NCBI GenBank assembly: GCA_024679065.1
Contig: JAGIQG010000040.1
Span: 9,424,001-9,488,000 of the forward strand
DNA from: Sphyrna mokarran
Taxonomy: Eukaryota
DNA length: 64,000 bases
Reading direction: 5' to 3'
The position numbers were made by a program, and so were the translations under genes. The notes below the pieces were generated by a model. The model worked only from the letters and a program-made list of their open reading frames with translations, had not been told where the DNA came from and did no database searches. Below are positions 49,861 to 62,961 of this stretch, piece after piece; positions within the stretch are counted from its first letter, which is position 1, and every line of letters starts with the position of its first letter.

Positions 49861-50709
49861 CAGAGAATTTTTTAGAGCAAATCTCATTCACCCATCCCAA
49901 CTTATTGCATTACACCTTTTAAGAAGCTATAACTCTGGCTGAAAAAATACATTGGACAGATACTGACTTTATGCCGTGGAGTGAAGACCATAAGCCGTCG
50001 TGGAGAGACAAGACACAGAACCAGACAGGAGAAAGACAGAGAAAGATGAAGCACAGGAAATTCCCACATACACATTTGCCGTGTCATTATGTTTCGGAAT
50101 CAGAGGGATTATTTCGTAATTTTGAACATAGATATCATACAATGTTTTTTTTTTCCCTCACGTAACAGATGAATAAATAATGTTGAAAAACAATCATTAC
50201 TGGAATCTGTTGGTTGATTTGCATGGTTGTCTCTATTTCTGTGCTGCGTTGGTGGGGAAATATTTGTTGTGTTTTTGTCAGTCAACAATCTAATCTAGAA
50301 TTTCTATTTTTGTATTTATTTTCATAAATATCTCATTGTTTACAATGAAATGTTCATGACAGCAAAACCAGTTAAACCATCGTTTATTGATCAGTTTCAA
50401 CTTAAAATATGGTTTATTTTAAGAGTATTAACAGTTGGTTCAAAATGAATGGAAACCTTTTCATTACACTAGTTGCATTTAATTAAAAAGATGATACATT
50501 CCATTTCAGAATTAGTTCTGAAAGTTCTGATGTCACAATTAATAAAACATCCGTGAACAGGCAGATATTCCACTGAATGTTAATTTGATTGAAAATTTAA
50601 TCTGATTAAACTGGACAAGTTAAATTTAAAAAAAAACTGACTGAAGTATTCCTGTCACAAATAATGATCACACTCACACGACAGAAGAATAACAAATCCA
50701 ATATGGTTA

Positions 50710-51190
50710 TCACTAAGGGATACATTTAGTTTGCTGCCTCGCAGGGAAACGGGTTAGATTCACGTGGGTGAATGTGAGTGGTTTTCACATTTTACCCATA
50801 CCCATGTGAGGTTCCTCCGAGTGTATCAGTTTCCTTCCACACTCCAAGGATATGCAGATTATGTGGATTGGCTCTGATAAGTTGCCCTTAGTGTCCAATG
50901 GTGTGCAACATAGAATCACGGAATCCCTTCAGTGCTGGAGGCTATTCGGTTCATTAAGTCTGTACCAGCTATCCAGCAGAGCATCCTTCCCAGGCCCAGG
51001 TGGATCGTCTATGCTAAATTTCCTGCTGGTGTTCAACAATGTGTAGGTTTCAGGGGATTATCCTGTGAATACGTGTCATTGTCGGGATAGGTTGAAAGCT
51101 GGACTCTGGTAGGATGCTTTGCTGGAGAGCCGCTGCAGGCTTTTTGGACCGAATGGCCTCGATTTGAAATGTAGGGATTCTATGATTTGA
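50710..51190 (+). mobile_element. V-SINE with an internal inverted SINE piece
   Basis: gttcctccga.tg..cagtttcctt.cacactcca; tail ggaccgaatggcctc. Confidence 0.65.
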
Positions 51191-51954
51191 TGCTGCTATG
51201 ATCAAGCAGAAGAGTGAATGTATCCGCAATAATCTCAACCCTTCCAAAGAATTACAACTTTCATTTTGGTGGTACTTTCATTTATAGAACACTTTACCCG
51301 ACCTCATTTCGCCCCAAAGTTCTTAGAGCTCACTAATGTACCTTTGCTGAATTTAGTCACTGCTATAATGTTGGAAATATAACAGGTAATTTACGCATAA
51401 CTTGCTTTAACAAACAGAGATATGATAAAAGACCATAACTTTGTGATTTTGTTACAAAAATGAGGATTTGTGTAGAATATTGAGCACAACAGCCTTGTTC
51501 TTTGTAGTTATATCAAGCGATTTTGCATCCTGGCATCGACCTTAAATGTGAATCTGGTTCTGTCTCTGCTGATGCCCATTGAGCTGCCGAGTATTTATTT
51601 TTTATTGTGCTTTTTTAGATTTTTGGGATCTGCAGCACTTTGCTCAGTTTTCATTGATCCTCTGGATGTGAGCATCACAGACAAAGCCAACATTAATTAT
51701 CCCTGCTGAAAAGGTGATTGTGAAACTTGCCCTCAGGATGATTTTATTGTTTGATTCTCCATAAAAGCTTTGACACAACTGGCTGGCTTGTTCGGCAATT
51801 TCAGTGATTGTGAATTTCATCACAGTGGAACTGGAGTCTATGTGGGACAGACAGGATAAAAATGGGAATATTCGGTTCTCGTGCTATTTCCAAATAACAG
51901 TGTTGTTTGAAGTATAAAAGTAAGTTACTGTGTATTCTAGAATTGAAAGCAAAA

Positions 51955-52140
51955 GAAAATAAAAACTGGAAAATCTCAGCAGGCCTGGTAATAGCTGAAG
52001 GGGAGAAAAGAGCTGCCGTTTCGAGTCCAGGTGGACTTTTGACAAAGCTTTGAAAAAGGGTCATTGGATTCGAAAATTCAGCTCTTCTCTCCCCTTACAG
52101 ATGCTGCCAGACTTGCTGAGATTTTCCAGCATTTTCTTTT
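51955..52140. mobile_element. Palindromic Penelope-like element with decayed hammerhead-like core
   Basis: ctggaaaatctcagcagg... / ...cttgctgagattttccag inverted arms. Confidence 0.65.
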
Positions 52141-52812
52141 TACGTTGTTTTACGTGTCTTTGGGCGGAGTGAATTGATTCTGAATCCCTGGACGAAAAAA
52201 TTGTAGGTTGATCCAAGACTGTTGTACTGAAGAAGATATTATAAACAATGTCCAAAGAGCTGTGAGACCCAGACTATCCAGTTGCTGCCAATATTCAACA
52301 TGTTGGCTTTACAGCTCAGTCTCAGGGACTCTCAGGGACGCCGGGTTTCTACCTCTGGCTGAGTCAACATAACCTCCGGTTCGATACTTGTAAAAATATA
52401 TAAAAAAAGAAATCAGAAGGTCACAGACCCCCGAACTTATTCTCTATAGGCAACGTGGCAGAAAATTATGAGGACACGCATAAACCGACTAAAAAAAGTT
52501 TATTTCCTGCTACAGTCAAACTTTTGAAGGACCTACCTCTCGGTAAATTCATGTTTCTCTACATCCTGATTGCAACATTATATTCTGCACTTTATCGTTT
52601 CCTTCTCTATGTACGGTATGCTTTCTTTGTACCTTGTGTAAGAAACATTAACGTTCATTGTGTACCAATATGCATGACAATAATAAATCAAATGAAACCA
52701 AATCAAATCAAACCATATCAAATAAATAAAAAAAAAACAAGAGGATTATTCCCGGTGAATTGATTGCTGACACTGTAACATTCCAGGGATAGACTAATGC
52801 TGAGGCAATAGT
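52141..52812 (-). pseudogene. IGHV: VH pseudogene fragment (EVMLTQPEVETRRP*ESLRLSCKAN...NWIVWVSQ...GIQNQFTPPKDT*NN) plus part of its leader intron
   Basis: Homology to the functional V FR1-FR3 at 52141-52387 with stops and a frameshift; intron homology at ~52390-52420 and ~52735-52812; no YYC, RSS or leader found. Confidence 0.85.
52425..52735 (+). mobile_element. LINE 3' end with (TCAAA)n/poly-A tail inserted in the pseudo-V intron
   Basis: KKSLFPATVKLL remnant; aataataaatcaaat..aaatcaaatcaaa tail; splits the intron homology. Confidence 0.65.
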
Positions 52813-53519
52813 AGTCATGTCAGCTCTTTTCTCTCCTTACAGATATTACTAGGCCTGTTGGGGTTTTCCAGAATTTTATCTTTTGGTTTCAATTGCAGAA
52901 CCATGTCTGCTCTGTCCTCCCAACATAGACTCCAGTTCCAATCTGTTATAGAGGGGGAAAAAAAAAACAATTTTATTGTAAATTAATTCCCTTCATTTAT
53001 GTGCCTCTCCAGAAGGAAATAGATATAAACAAGATGACATTATCTTGTCAGGGTAAAGATGTCAATCTGATTTGCAATAATTGTGTGTCTCTAACATATT
53101 GCAGCAAATATATAATTCATGAGAGGAATTATTATTCATTTATTGTATTTCAGGTGAGGATGATTATCACTATAACTTGGGACTGGATATAAGAAAATGG
53201 GAAGCAATGGCCTAATTTTTTTTTATCGCTAGACAAACTCAAATAATGTTCTCAGGATCCGACTTCGAATCCTGCGAAGGAGACAGTGGAATTAAAATTC
53301 AGTCGAAACATCTGGAATTAAGAATGTACTTATGACAACGATATGATTACAGATTGAGTAAAAACTTTTCTCCTTCACGGACCTCTTTTAGGGAAGGGAA
53401 ACTGTGGTCCTTGCTTGGTCTGGGCTGCATGTGATTCCAGAGCCATAGTGATGTAGTTGTCTCTCAACTGCCTCGGACAAGGAGTGGACAATCAGTGATG
53501 ATGATTCAGAGACACCCAT

Positions 53520-53790
53520 CTCCACAGAATATTTACAGAACAGAAGAGGGATTTTTGGCCTATGTGGCCAACCACCATTCCCACCTACGCCTTATACCCA
53601 TCACCCCACATATGTCCCTTGACACCATGGGAAAAATTATCGTCGCTCATCAGCCTATCCTTGGCCCATATGAGTAAATGGATTGACAACTGGAGTATGT
53701 ATAGACTGCACAGAGACAGTAACTCCGCACAGACCCAAACCGGAAATTGAAGCTGGGTCCCTGGCGCAGTGAGACAGAAATGCTAACAAC
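53520..53790 (-). mobile_element. Degenerate SINE
   Basis: ggaaattgaagctgggtccctggcgcagtgagacagaaatgctaac (reverse tRNA-like head). Confidence 0.6.
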
Positions 53791-56700
53791 TTTCCCATCA
53801 TGAGGCCCGCGAATGAATTCAAAAAAGAAAATCCTCATGTATTACAATGTTATACCTTATATTTCTCAAACTGCTCCTCAAGCCTGTGAAAATTGAAGGC
53901 GAAAAAACCTGGTTGGCTTATAATTAATTGAGTTGACAGAGAAACATAAAATTGAAATCGACGTTTGACAGAGAACTCAATGGATCAGAATAGACACATC
54001 AAGATTTTGTGGCTTATTGCACAATATCAGGGGAACAAATATTTTATCTTCCACCGAACCAGGTTGTGAAAGGCTCATTTCTTCACAGATTGGCAGCTCT
54101 AAGAGGTACTGTTCAATAATCGAAATCATATTATGCTGCACAACCCCGAACATGGTGCTAATCACATGTAAGAGCCTTTTTAATGAAGGGCAGAACACTG
54201 AGAATATTCCAGGAATCGGCATTGTTCAAGGCTGATAAAAGAGTTTTTTTGCTTTTAATTATTTTCAAATGTGGGCCATTGCACTGATCTCATTGGACTG
54301 AGGGATTGGGGACATCAACATCTCTTTCGTGCACTTCATGAAGTTGTTCACAAAGTGGCTTTAATTGTTGGAAAGACATTTACCTGAAAGTTATACAAAT
54401 GAAACAGCACAGTGCCAATTTACTAGTTGTCGGTACTATTTAATCATATAATGAATAGTGCAGTCTTTTAAAATATTGCTTGGAATGAATACCATTGACA
54501 ACATGACTTTATTGTGGGAATTAAACATTTATTGTGTCACTGGTTAAGACCCATTTTATCTTTACATGTTCACGTTAATCTGTCCCACGCAGTGTTTGGC
54601 ACCAGTCCAACCTGCTGCCAAATACCGAAAATATTTACAGGAAGCATCTGAAGGTGTTTGCTCAGAAACTCAAAGATCCGTTTCCTCAGTACTGAACAGT
54701 TGGCTGTAAGCCAGCTTCAAACTCACAGCATCGTCAATGGGCCTATTTATAAACAAATCTGCCTAGCAACAGTACTGGAGACAATTTTAAAGTTGTAAAC
54801 TGATGTGAATGTTTCCCATTTGTTAGGAAAAGAAAGTCATTCAGTTCTCTGGAACTTTGCTGGCAAAATAATCTATCCAATACAACAAAACACTGTGATC
54901 GAAGGATATAAATAAATACACGCAGACTGTGAGAGTTAATTCAGAGATGGAATATTTTACACTATATAAATGTATATGCTTATCTTTTATTTCACTTTAC
55001 TTTTCCATGGGACATGGGAGTCTCTGAAAAAAATCAACATTTGTTTACTGTGCCTCGTTTCTTTTCAACTGAGTGGTGTACTAAAGTAATTCAGAAGCCA
55101 TTGCCTAGTTACACATGTTGCTGTCCGTCTGGAGTCACATCCTGGTGAGAACAAGTAAGGATGGCAGATTCTTTGACTGCGAGATCAGAGAGATTTATCA
55201 GGTCTCTGTCAGAATGATTTATTGATTGAATTCAAATTCCATCAGCTGCCATGGTCGGATTTAATCTCGTGTTCCCCCATCATTGGCCTGGGTTTCTGGA
55301 TTACTGGCATTTATATGGGCACCATCTTCACAATTTTTTTAAACTGCTTGTGTTGAGACAGAGATGAAAGATAGTTAAGTTCCTGAATGCTTTGATTGAG
55401 GAATTAGTGAATGGATTTACTGATCTGACAATAGCTGGTCCTGAAGTTTACTGTTCTACATTCGCATACGTTTGTTTTACCACATCAAAAATCGAACAGA
55501 TCCCTTATTACAATTGTGTCAGCCTATAACCTTTAGTCCTTCCAGATTTTCCCAGTGAATTCCATTCCCGGCATGCCGGGAACAAATGAACTGAAGCTTT
55601 TTCCTCCATGTTGATTGCGAATCGTCAAACCCAAGATGGAATGAGGAAACATGAGCAGATTGCTGATCGTGGATTGTTATAGTTGGATCATGTGGCCTTT
55701 CGAGTGCAACAAATCATTCAACAGATCAAAACCCAAATTAGTGAAGATAACAGGCTAAAAAATAAATCATGTGACAACTAAAATATTGTGAAATTCATTG
55801 GAAAGTCTCACGTTTTAAATGAGTTTCCAGAACTGTTTAATAATGAACCCCGATTTTAAACTTTAATAACTTTACATTAGATACAGATACTTTCAGTTAT
55901 GCAGCCATTTTAAAACTGATCACACAATCCAGTTGTATATCAGGAATTTCTGTGTGATGGTGGCGTGATTATTTGTCAAGAAAACATAGATGCTGCTGCG
56001 TAGCTGCTCTTGATCCTCAGTCTGAATTAGTTCCATTTCCCACTGAATGCTGGGGCAGATTTGATTCTTTGGTGAAGAAAGGCCAATGTGATCTCAGTAT
56101 ATGCGAATCTCAATAAATTATATTAAATAAACTGCAGTCGTATTTGCATACAATAAAATATTGGCAACAATGGCTGAAATGTTGATGTAGTTTTGTGAAT
56201 TGAAGATTATTGGTAATATTGGCGCCAGGCAATGACCATCTGCAAAAAGAGAGAATCTGACCATTGCCCCTTGTTACTCAATGACATTACAATATTGAAT
56301 CAACCACTATAAATGTCATCAGGGCTACCATTGGCTAATTGCTGTATTAACTAGGTATGTATATGCTCCGGCTGGAATATCAGGTCAGCCTGCTGTGAGT
56401 AACCCGCCTTCTGACTCCCCAAACCTGTGCACCACCTACGCGACACAAGTCAGGAGAATAAAAGAGTCCTCTCCACTTGCTTGAGTAAGTGCAGTTCAAA
56501 CAAAAATCTTCATACCATTCCGGACAAAGCAGCCGATTTTTCAGGTATAATATTTGCAAGTGCTCAATCTGTCCACCACAGAGAACAGCATTATGAACCA
56601 TCTACCATTTTCACTTCCGAAACTCACCAAGACTCCTTAGGCAGCACCTGCCAACTACACAACCACCTGAAAGACAGGGGTAACAGTTATCAAGGAATAT

Positions 56701-57582
56701 CACCTATAAATTCCCCTCCAAGTCAGTCATATATCTGAATGGAAATATATCATCCTTCCCTCACTGTCGCTGGATCGAAATCCTAGAACTCCCTCAGCAA
56801 CAGCACTGTATATATACCTAAACAGAGGGTCTGCAGCCATTCAAGAAGGCTGTTCACCACCAGCTTGCTAAGAGCAATTAGGGATAAGTAACAAATGTTG
56901 AATTCACCAGCAACGCCCATATCTCTTAAAATAAAACTTAAACGCATTAATGTTTATGATGGATGATAACCTGTTAAAATATTGTGCATCTTTGTGAATG
57001 GATGGCAACTGGTGAAAATACATGCCAACTTTCTGATTATTTATGACCTATTCTTTCTCTGTCAGAAGATAGGTTCCGTTCCACATGAGATTCATGATTC
57101 AGAAACATCATACTATCCAAAGACAAGGCCGATACATGAGAAAGCAACATCTGTAGGCATATCTCAATTATAACATTACGAGAAAGGTGTTTGATGGAAT
57201 GACAATTTTGTTGCATATCTGCTTGAAGACCAGGAGTAACCTGAAGCACAGTGTTGTATTTGTTTTTGAAGGTGTACGTATCATAACCATACGTTCGTGA
57301 ATTTCAGTACTACATTCGACACTAGCATCAGAGCAGAGACTACAAGATTTGGGGGAACTAAGCTCTCCACCAAAAAAATCTTTAGTATCATTGCTGATAT
57401 AGAAAAGGACAATTTACGACACAACTGTTGGCTTCATGAGCAGTTGAATCAACCTGTCAAAAATTGTCCTCCTCAGTCATCAACAAATGTGTCATATAAA
57501 AAAAGAAACCAAACTGAAATGTATGTGTTTACTGTGATTCTAACTTCTATTGTAAATGGAATGATGCCGGTTATCATTGTGA

Positions 57583-57682
57583 NNNNNNNNNNNNNNNNNN
57601 NNNNNNNNNNNNNNNNNNNNNNNNNNNNNNNNNNNNNNNNNNNNNNNNNNNNNNNNNNNNNNNNNNNNNNNNNNNNNNNNNN
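57583..57682. other. Assembly gap (100 N, probably of unknown size)
   Basis: Run of N. Confidence 0.99.
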
Positions 57683-57801
57683 GAAAATTTCAATTGTGCA
57701 ACATTTCCTCACTAAATCGAATATGTTTTGACCAGGTTTCTGCCAATTTTGAACGGTCTGACGCACATGTTAATATTGCTGCAGTGCTTTTTTTTTACTG
57801 T

Positions 57802-57874
57802 GGGCCAGTGGCGCAATGGATAACGCGTCTGACTACGGATCAGAAGATTCCAGGTTCGACTCCTGGTTGGCTCG
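57802..57874 (+). tRNA. tRNA-Arg(ACG)
   Basis: GGGCCAGTGGCGCAATGGATAACGCGTCTGACTACGGATCAGAAGATTCCAGGTTCGACTCCTGGTTGGCTCG followed by TTTT. Confidence 0.93.
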
Positions 57875-58566
57875 CTGTGTGATTTTAACATTAGTTCAAA
57901 AACTCCATATTATTGCTGATGAAAAATATATTTTCACTAATTTTAAACGAATTCAGAGAAATGTTGACCAAATGCAGTCAGCTTCTATGAAGATATTTAT
58001 CTTAGCTACTTATATTTCAAAAATAATGTTTTTTTTTTTTTTTTTTTCCATTTAAAAACGGATAATACTTAAGTCCTCTCCGCCGCGGTGTGGCGGCGCA
58101 GAATTATAAAGGCCAGGCCCAGGAGGGAGGGGGCCGAGGGGGAACTGGAGGCAGGAGAGAGGAATTTGGGGATGAGAGTTTGAGCATGACGTGTTTAGGA
58201 TACAGAATAGGCTGAAGAGAGCAGTTTGACCTCAGAGGAATCGATTACAGTGGGGATAAAAGACAGAAAAAAAAGACAGAAAAAAAGACAGAAAAAAAGA
58301 TGGGTTGGAACTGAAATAAAATCTTCTCTCACAAATTAACTTATGAATTCTCTGGAACTCTCTGTGTCCAGTCCATGATGAATCAAAGGATCTAACTGAT
58401 TGGAATCTACAGTAATATTTTTGAACGTGGCTTTTCAATGTTATAATTTGTGTCCATTGCTTAGTCTGGTTTATGATCAGAAGAGTGACTCAGGGTGTTG
58501 TCTCACTGTGAGTTTTTTTTTTCCCTTAGAACATACGAGAAACAAGTTTGATGAATGATTACCAAT

Positions 58567-59468
58567 TCACTTTTTAATGAATTGCACAATTCCAGTGAAT
58601 GGAAGTTTTACCACATTCTTCAAATCCTCTCTGAATTGTGTCTGGGTCACGGCATAAATACATGTGTTTGTACAACAACTAAGGAGTTGCATCATAAATC
58701 CCAGTTCCCGCACAAATGCTGGCAATGCTGTCCTGATTAACCTGATGTATTCCAATCGGCTATAAAAAGAATAGACAAGGAACACTGACCATAACAAAAC
58801 AAAATTTCCTGATATTGCAAACAGGAAGATAATGGATTTCCTTCTTTTTTCTATCTCTGGGTCACTTTGACTCTCCCCACTTTTGTGGGTCCGAAGTCTC
58901 CTGCGGACTTTGCTCGAAACTAGAATGTGTTTAACGGTTATAACATTGAGCAGCAGAATCAACACGAAAGGAATAAACGGGGTTAAAATATAATGCAGAA
59001 TTTCAACTGTTGCCCAGGCTTGTGATTCGGAAACATCAGAATGCACAAAACAAAACCAAGGATTATTACTGAAATAATATGTATTCCCATACATGAAATA
59101 CCAAAAACTGTTCTTTATACTGAACACCACACTCACTGTACCGAGAACCACAGTTGCAGTTTTCTTGGTGCAGTATTTTATTCTCAGTTTCTGACCAGCA
59201 ATGGCCACGAATCGGTCAAAGGTGAAAGCGACAGTGAACCAGACAGAACAGTCAGTGACTGCGTAAAGCAGGACGGCGTGGATATTACACACTCTAATTT
59301 GAGCTATGATCAGAAATTGATAGGAAAAACAGATAGGAATTTGCCGCAATATGAGATCGATGATAACGACCAGGAGATCGGCTGCTGACATGCAGATAAG
59401 GTAACGTGTGACACATTTGGAAAGGCCGCACCTTCCTCGAGACAGGATAAGAATCGTCAATAAGTTCA
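58567..59468 (-). CDS. Orphan class A GPCR, GPR139/GPR142-like shark-expanded family, exon 2
   Basis: VNLLTILILSRGRCGLSKCVTRYL...ADLLVVI...SVWFTVAFTFDRFVAI...LSCCTNTCIY; TM2-TM7 present; tacag acceptor at 59469-59473. Confidence 0.9.
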
Positions 59469-60218
59469 CTGTAAGGAAGAGAGAGACAATTAACTCATAT
59501 TTCAGATTGATAACAGGAGCAGCACATCTGTCAGATTTCTATGGAATAATTGTTCCACCTATCAGAATCCACTTGCTAACCAATCAACTCTATCTTCTTA
59601 TACATCCTGAACCATTTTCGTGTTAGAGTTAGTAATTTCTTTCAAGTTCACTTTTAATGTTTAAGTTTTTTAAAAAAGTATTTTGCCTCCTTTTTGAGCA
59701 ATAATCATTAAATGATTATTTTACTGAAATATTACTTCATTTCCAGTTGTATCTTGTGATGGGCTTCATAATCAGAAAGCAGAGCAGGAAAAGATTAAGT
59801 GTATTGGACATTGTTCAATGTTTCTGAGTTTATTTGTGATCTATCTGCCAGCACAAATTTTCACAGAACAGCAACATTAAACACATGCAACAACTTCCAA
59901 AAGCCGCTTCCCATATATTTTCCTGATTCATTCTGTAATTCAGTCCAGAAAGCAATCTTCATCTTCCCATGAATGGGAGCTGAAGGTTGAATACATTTTC
60001 TGCGATTATCTCTGCATTTAATTAAACAGAGTTAAAACAACTGGGGCCATACACGCTGGCTGCTTTAAAGTATTTGTGATCAGCAAGTCGGCTTTAGATC
60101 AAATATTACCTGTAATGTTTTCAGTGCATTGCCAGATACAGGCTATGAATGTTCCACACAATGCAATCAGTAATTGTATTTCATGGATCGGGTGATAATG
60201 CAGTGAAATATTACTCAC

Positions 60219-60315
60219 CAGAGACACCAACTGCAGCGAGGAGCGGGTAATAAATTATTTGGATGTCGTAAAATACCCAAAGAATACGAAGTTTAAGTGG
60301 AATAATCCAGAACAT
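60219..60315 (-). CDS. GPR139-like GPCR exon 1 (MFWIIPLKLRILWVFYDIQIIYYPLLAAVGVS); spliced protein about 332 aa
   Basis: IYYP-LAAVGV TM1 motif, G|GTGAG donor in phase with exon 2; CATAAATAG TATA-like motif near 60402-60410. Confidence 0.8.
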
Positions 60316-62441
60316 AGCAGGACTTCTTTGAGATCAAAAATCGCTGTCTGAACTGGTGATGATGTTCACGTAACCATTGCTACACACACTGTAAATATTA
60401 CCTATTTATGAAGTAAGAAATGTCCCCAGAGAAACAATTAAATGATCTGCTGACTGAGATTAATCATAGTCGCTGAACAAACAAGATGATACATATTTTC
60501 TTGCAAAGTACATGTTTAATGAAAATGCTTTGCATTCATGTTGAACAATATTACCCAATGCCAACGTACATGTCCAAATAGTTCCATAAAAATGGAATAT
60601 TGAATCACAATATATTAATGATCTGAAGTGAAATAAATTCCTAACGAGTATTCCTGTTAATTAATATCATTTTACAATTCCAATATTTCAATCTGCTCAT
60701 AAGTGTGAGTTTAGTGGAGTTTGTGGAAATAATGTTTATCTATCAGGTGTTTATCCATCGAGAATGCAGAAGCAGAATTATTGCAAATATTACATTGCTG
60801 CTACTCAGCAAAATTACAATTGTTGTGTGTAGTCTGGAGTACGTGTATCATTATTAATTGTGTGGAGCATGCTGGGTTTTCGGGTAGGAGATGCTTGATG
60901 GATGTGGACATATCTGAGGTGGAGAGCAGGAAGCTGGAAGATGCAACTTGAAAGTAGCATTATTTGACATCGTTTCATGAGATTTTTCTTCAGAATTTTA
61001 TATCTCTGATATTTCCAGCTCTCTTACAAATTCAGCCAACTGAAGATTAATCTTGTTTCTCCCTTCACAGAAGGTGTGAGGCATGTCTTCATTAACTGAA
61101 GCAGTAAACAAAAAAATATTCACTCAGTGACTGGGAATCATACCCGAAATCACTGTGTTGAATCCTGATCACCAGACCCTCAGGGAAGCTGAAGAGAGAG
61201 AGTTGATTATTCATTGTTTCATTTCAAATAAATTTCACTAAAAACACAGTCGCAATGAAGAGTGATGGGAACATGCCAGGATTTGTACTTCAAATCCCAA
61301 TCCATCAATTTAACCCTTTGGCAGGGAATACAGACTCAATGTTTGTGATCCTTTTGCTCATTCCGCCTGTGTTTTCGTGTGTGCTCTCTACCGTGGCAAC
61401 TTCAGCCCTTTCACAGAAGCTCCTTTACACCAACAACTGTTCACACTTGCACTGTCACTTCTCTTTATTTCTGCGAGGAACAACACCGCAAACGCTCCTG
61501 TATTCAATCTGAGTTGTTGGACTTCAGCTGGAAGCACAAGAATTCAAATGCATTTTGGCAGCGATATGTTTTGAACACCAATTCTGCAGAATCTTAACAC
61601 TGCACTTTAGAGTGTTTGGCCACCACGTTAAAATATATCACACTCATGTTATTTACTGATATATTTTCCTGAAATTTATTAAAAACTGCGGAACTGGGAA
61701 AGGCCATAGGTGCCTTGAGGCCGCTCCTTCACTGGATCAGATAATCATGAACTGTGTAACAAACACAAATCACATCCACTCAGGAACACAATGAGCTGCC
61801 ATGAAGTGCCGGTACCAGTTACACGGTGATTAATCACCTCTTCTTCCCCATCTCCTGCCAGAAATGACAAGAAAAAATCCTGCTGAATTTGTTCAGGATC
61901 TCCATTTCTAAAAGGACAACATACGAGGCGGGGCCAAGATTTATCTCTTCAAAAAGGAAATGACTGATATTCACTTCGGGGTTTTGATCTGAGCAATAAG
62001 TTCATTTCCTGACCGGTAGTTACAGCTTGCTTTGCAATTAGCTTTACCCAAGCTCCTTTTGTTATTTGAAGTTTCACGCCAGGGCTCTTTCACCACATAC
62101 AAGATTCTCCTGCAAAATGGCACCTTCTTGTTCAACACCAGTGGTTTGGCTAAAGTAATGACAACATACACCAGACACTCCACTAATGTTATCACTTTTG
62201 CTTCTGACGGTTTGAAACTGGAAAGGAATATTTCCAAATGATTTGCTTTGCACCATGAGGTAAAAGTTCCATAACTCGGTGGAAGTATGAATGGTTAAAT
62301 CAGTTTTTTTTTTACCAGATTTTATCTTGAATGACAATCATTATCATCAGCACTTTGTAGCCTCTGGAACAGGTTTTCAGAAATAGAATTTGATCATTTG
62401 TCACAAAAAGGTTTAGAATATGTTTAGTTATTGCTGTTTCA

Positions 62442-62515
62442 GTCTCTGTGGCGCAATTGGTCAGTGCGTTCGGCTATTATCCGAAAGGTTGGTTGTTCGA
62501 GACCACCCAGGGACG
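62442..62515 (+). pseudogene. tRNA-Asn pseudogene (anticodon mutated to ATT)
   Basis: Paralog of 8935-9008; loop CT-ATT-AT, T-stem mismatch. Confidence 0.78.
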
Positions 62516-62893
62516 GGATTTTACTATTTTCTCACCATCAGCATTCACAGGCAAACAGTTGTCTCTTGGTAATGGGTCCGTGGGTGCCAATAAAAAAAAA
62601 GCTGTCAATTTTTCCCGGTTGTGCTGTTATCTGGTGTTACCAATATTATTTAATGACGATTGACTTCAAACATATTACATATAACATTATACACATACTT
62701 CCATTATAACATTAAACTTAAAAAAATCATGTTCCAGCTAACAGGAATCGCTGCTTTCATTGGCTGAAGCAGTCACTTCTGTGTGAAATAAACATGACAA
62801 TTTGAAAGATAAACTTGTATTTGGTGAATAAAAAGACAGGCACAAAACTAAAGGCAGGTGGTTCAAGGATAAATTAATGTCTTATAAAATACT

Positions 62894-62961
62894 TGGTGGT
62901 CCAGTGGTTAGGATTCGGCGCTTTCACCGCCACGGCCTGGGTTCAATTCCCAGTCAGGGAA
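62894..62961 (+). pseudogene. tRNA-Glu pseudogene (5' end deleted, anticodon TTC)
   Basis: Paralog of 9387-9458 lacking the 5' TCCC of the acceptor stem. Confidence 0.78.
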
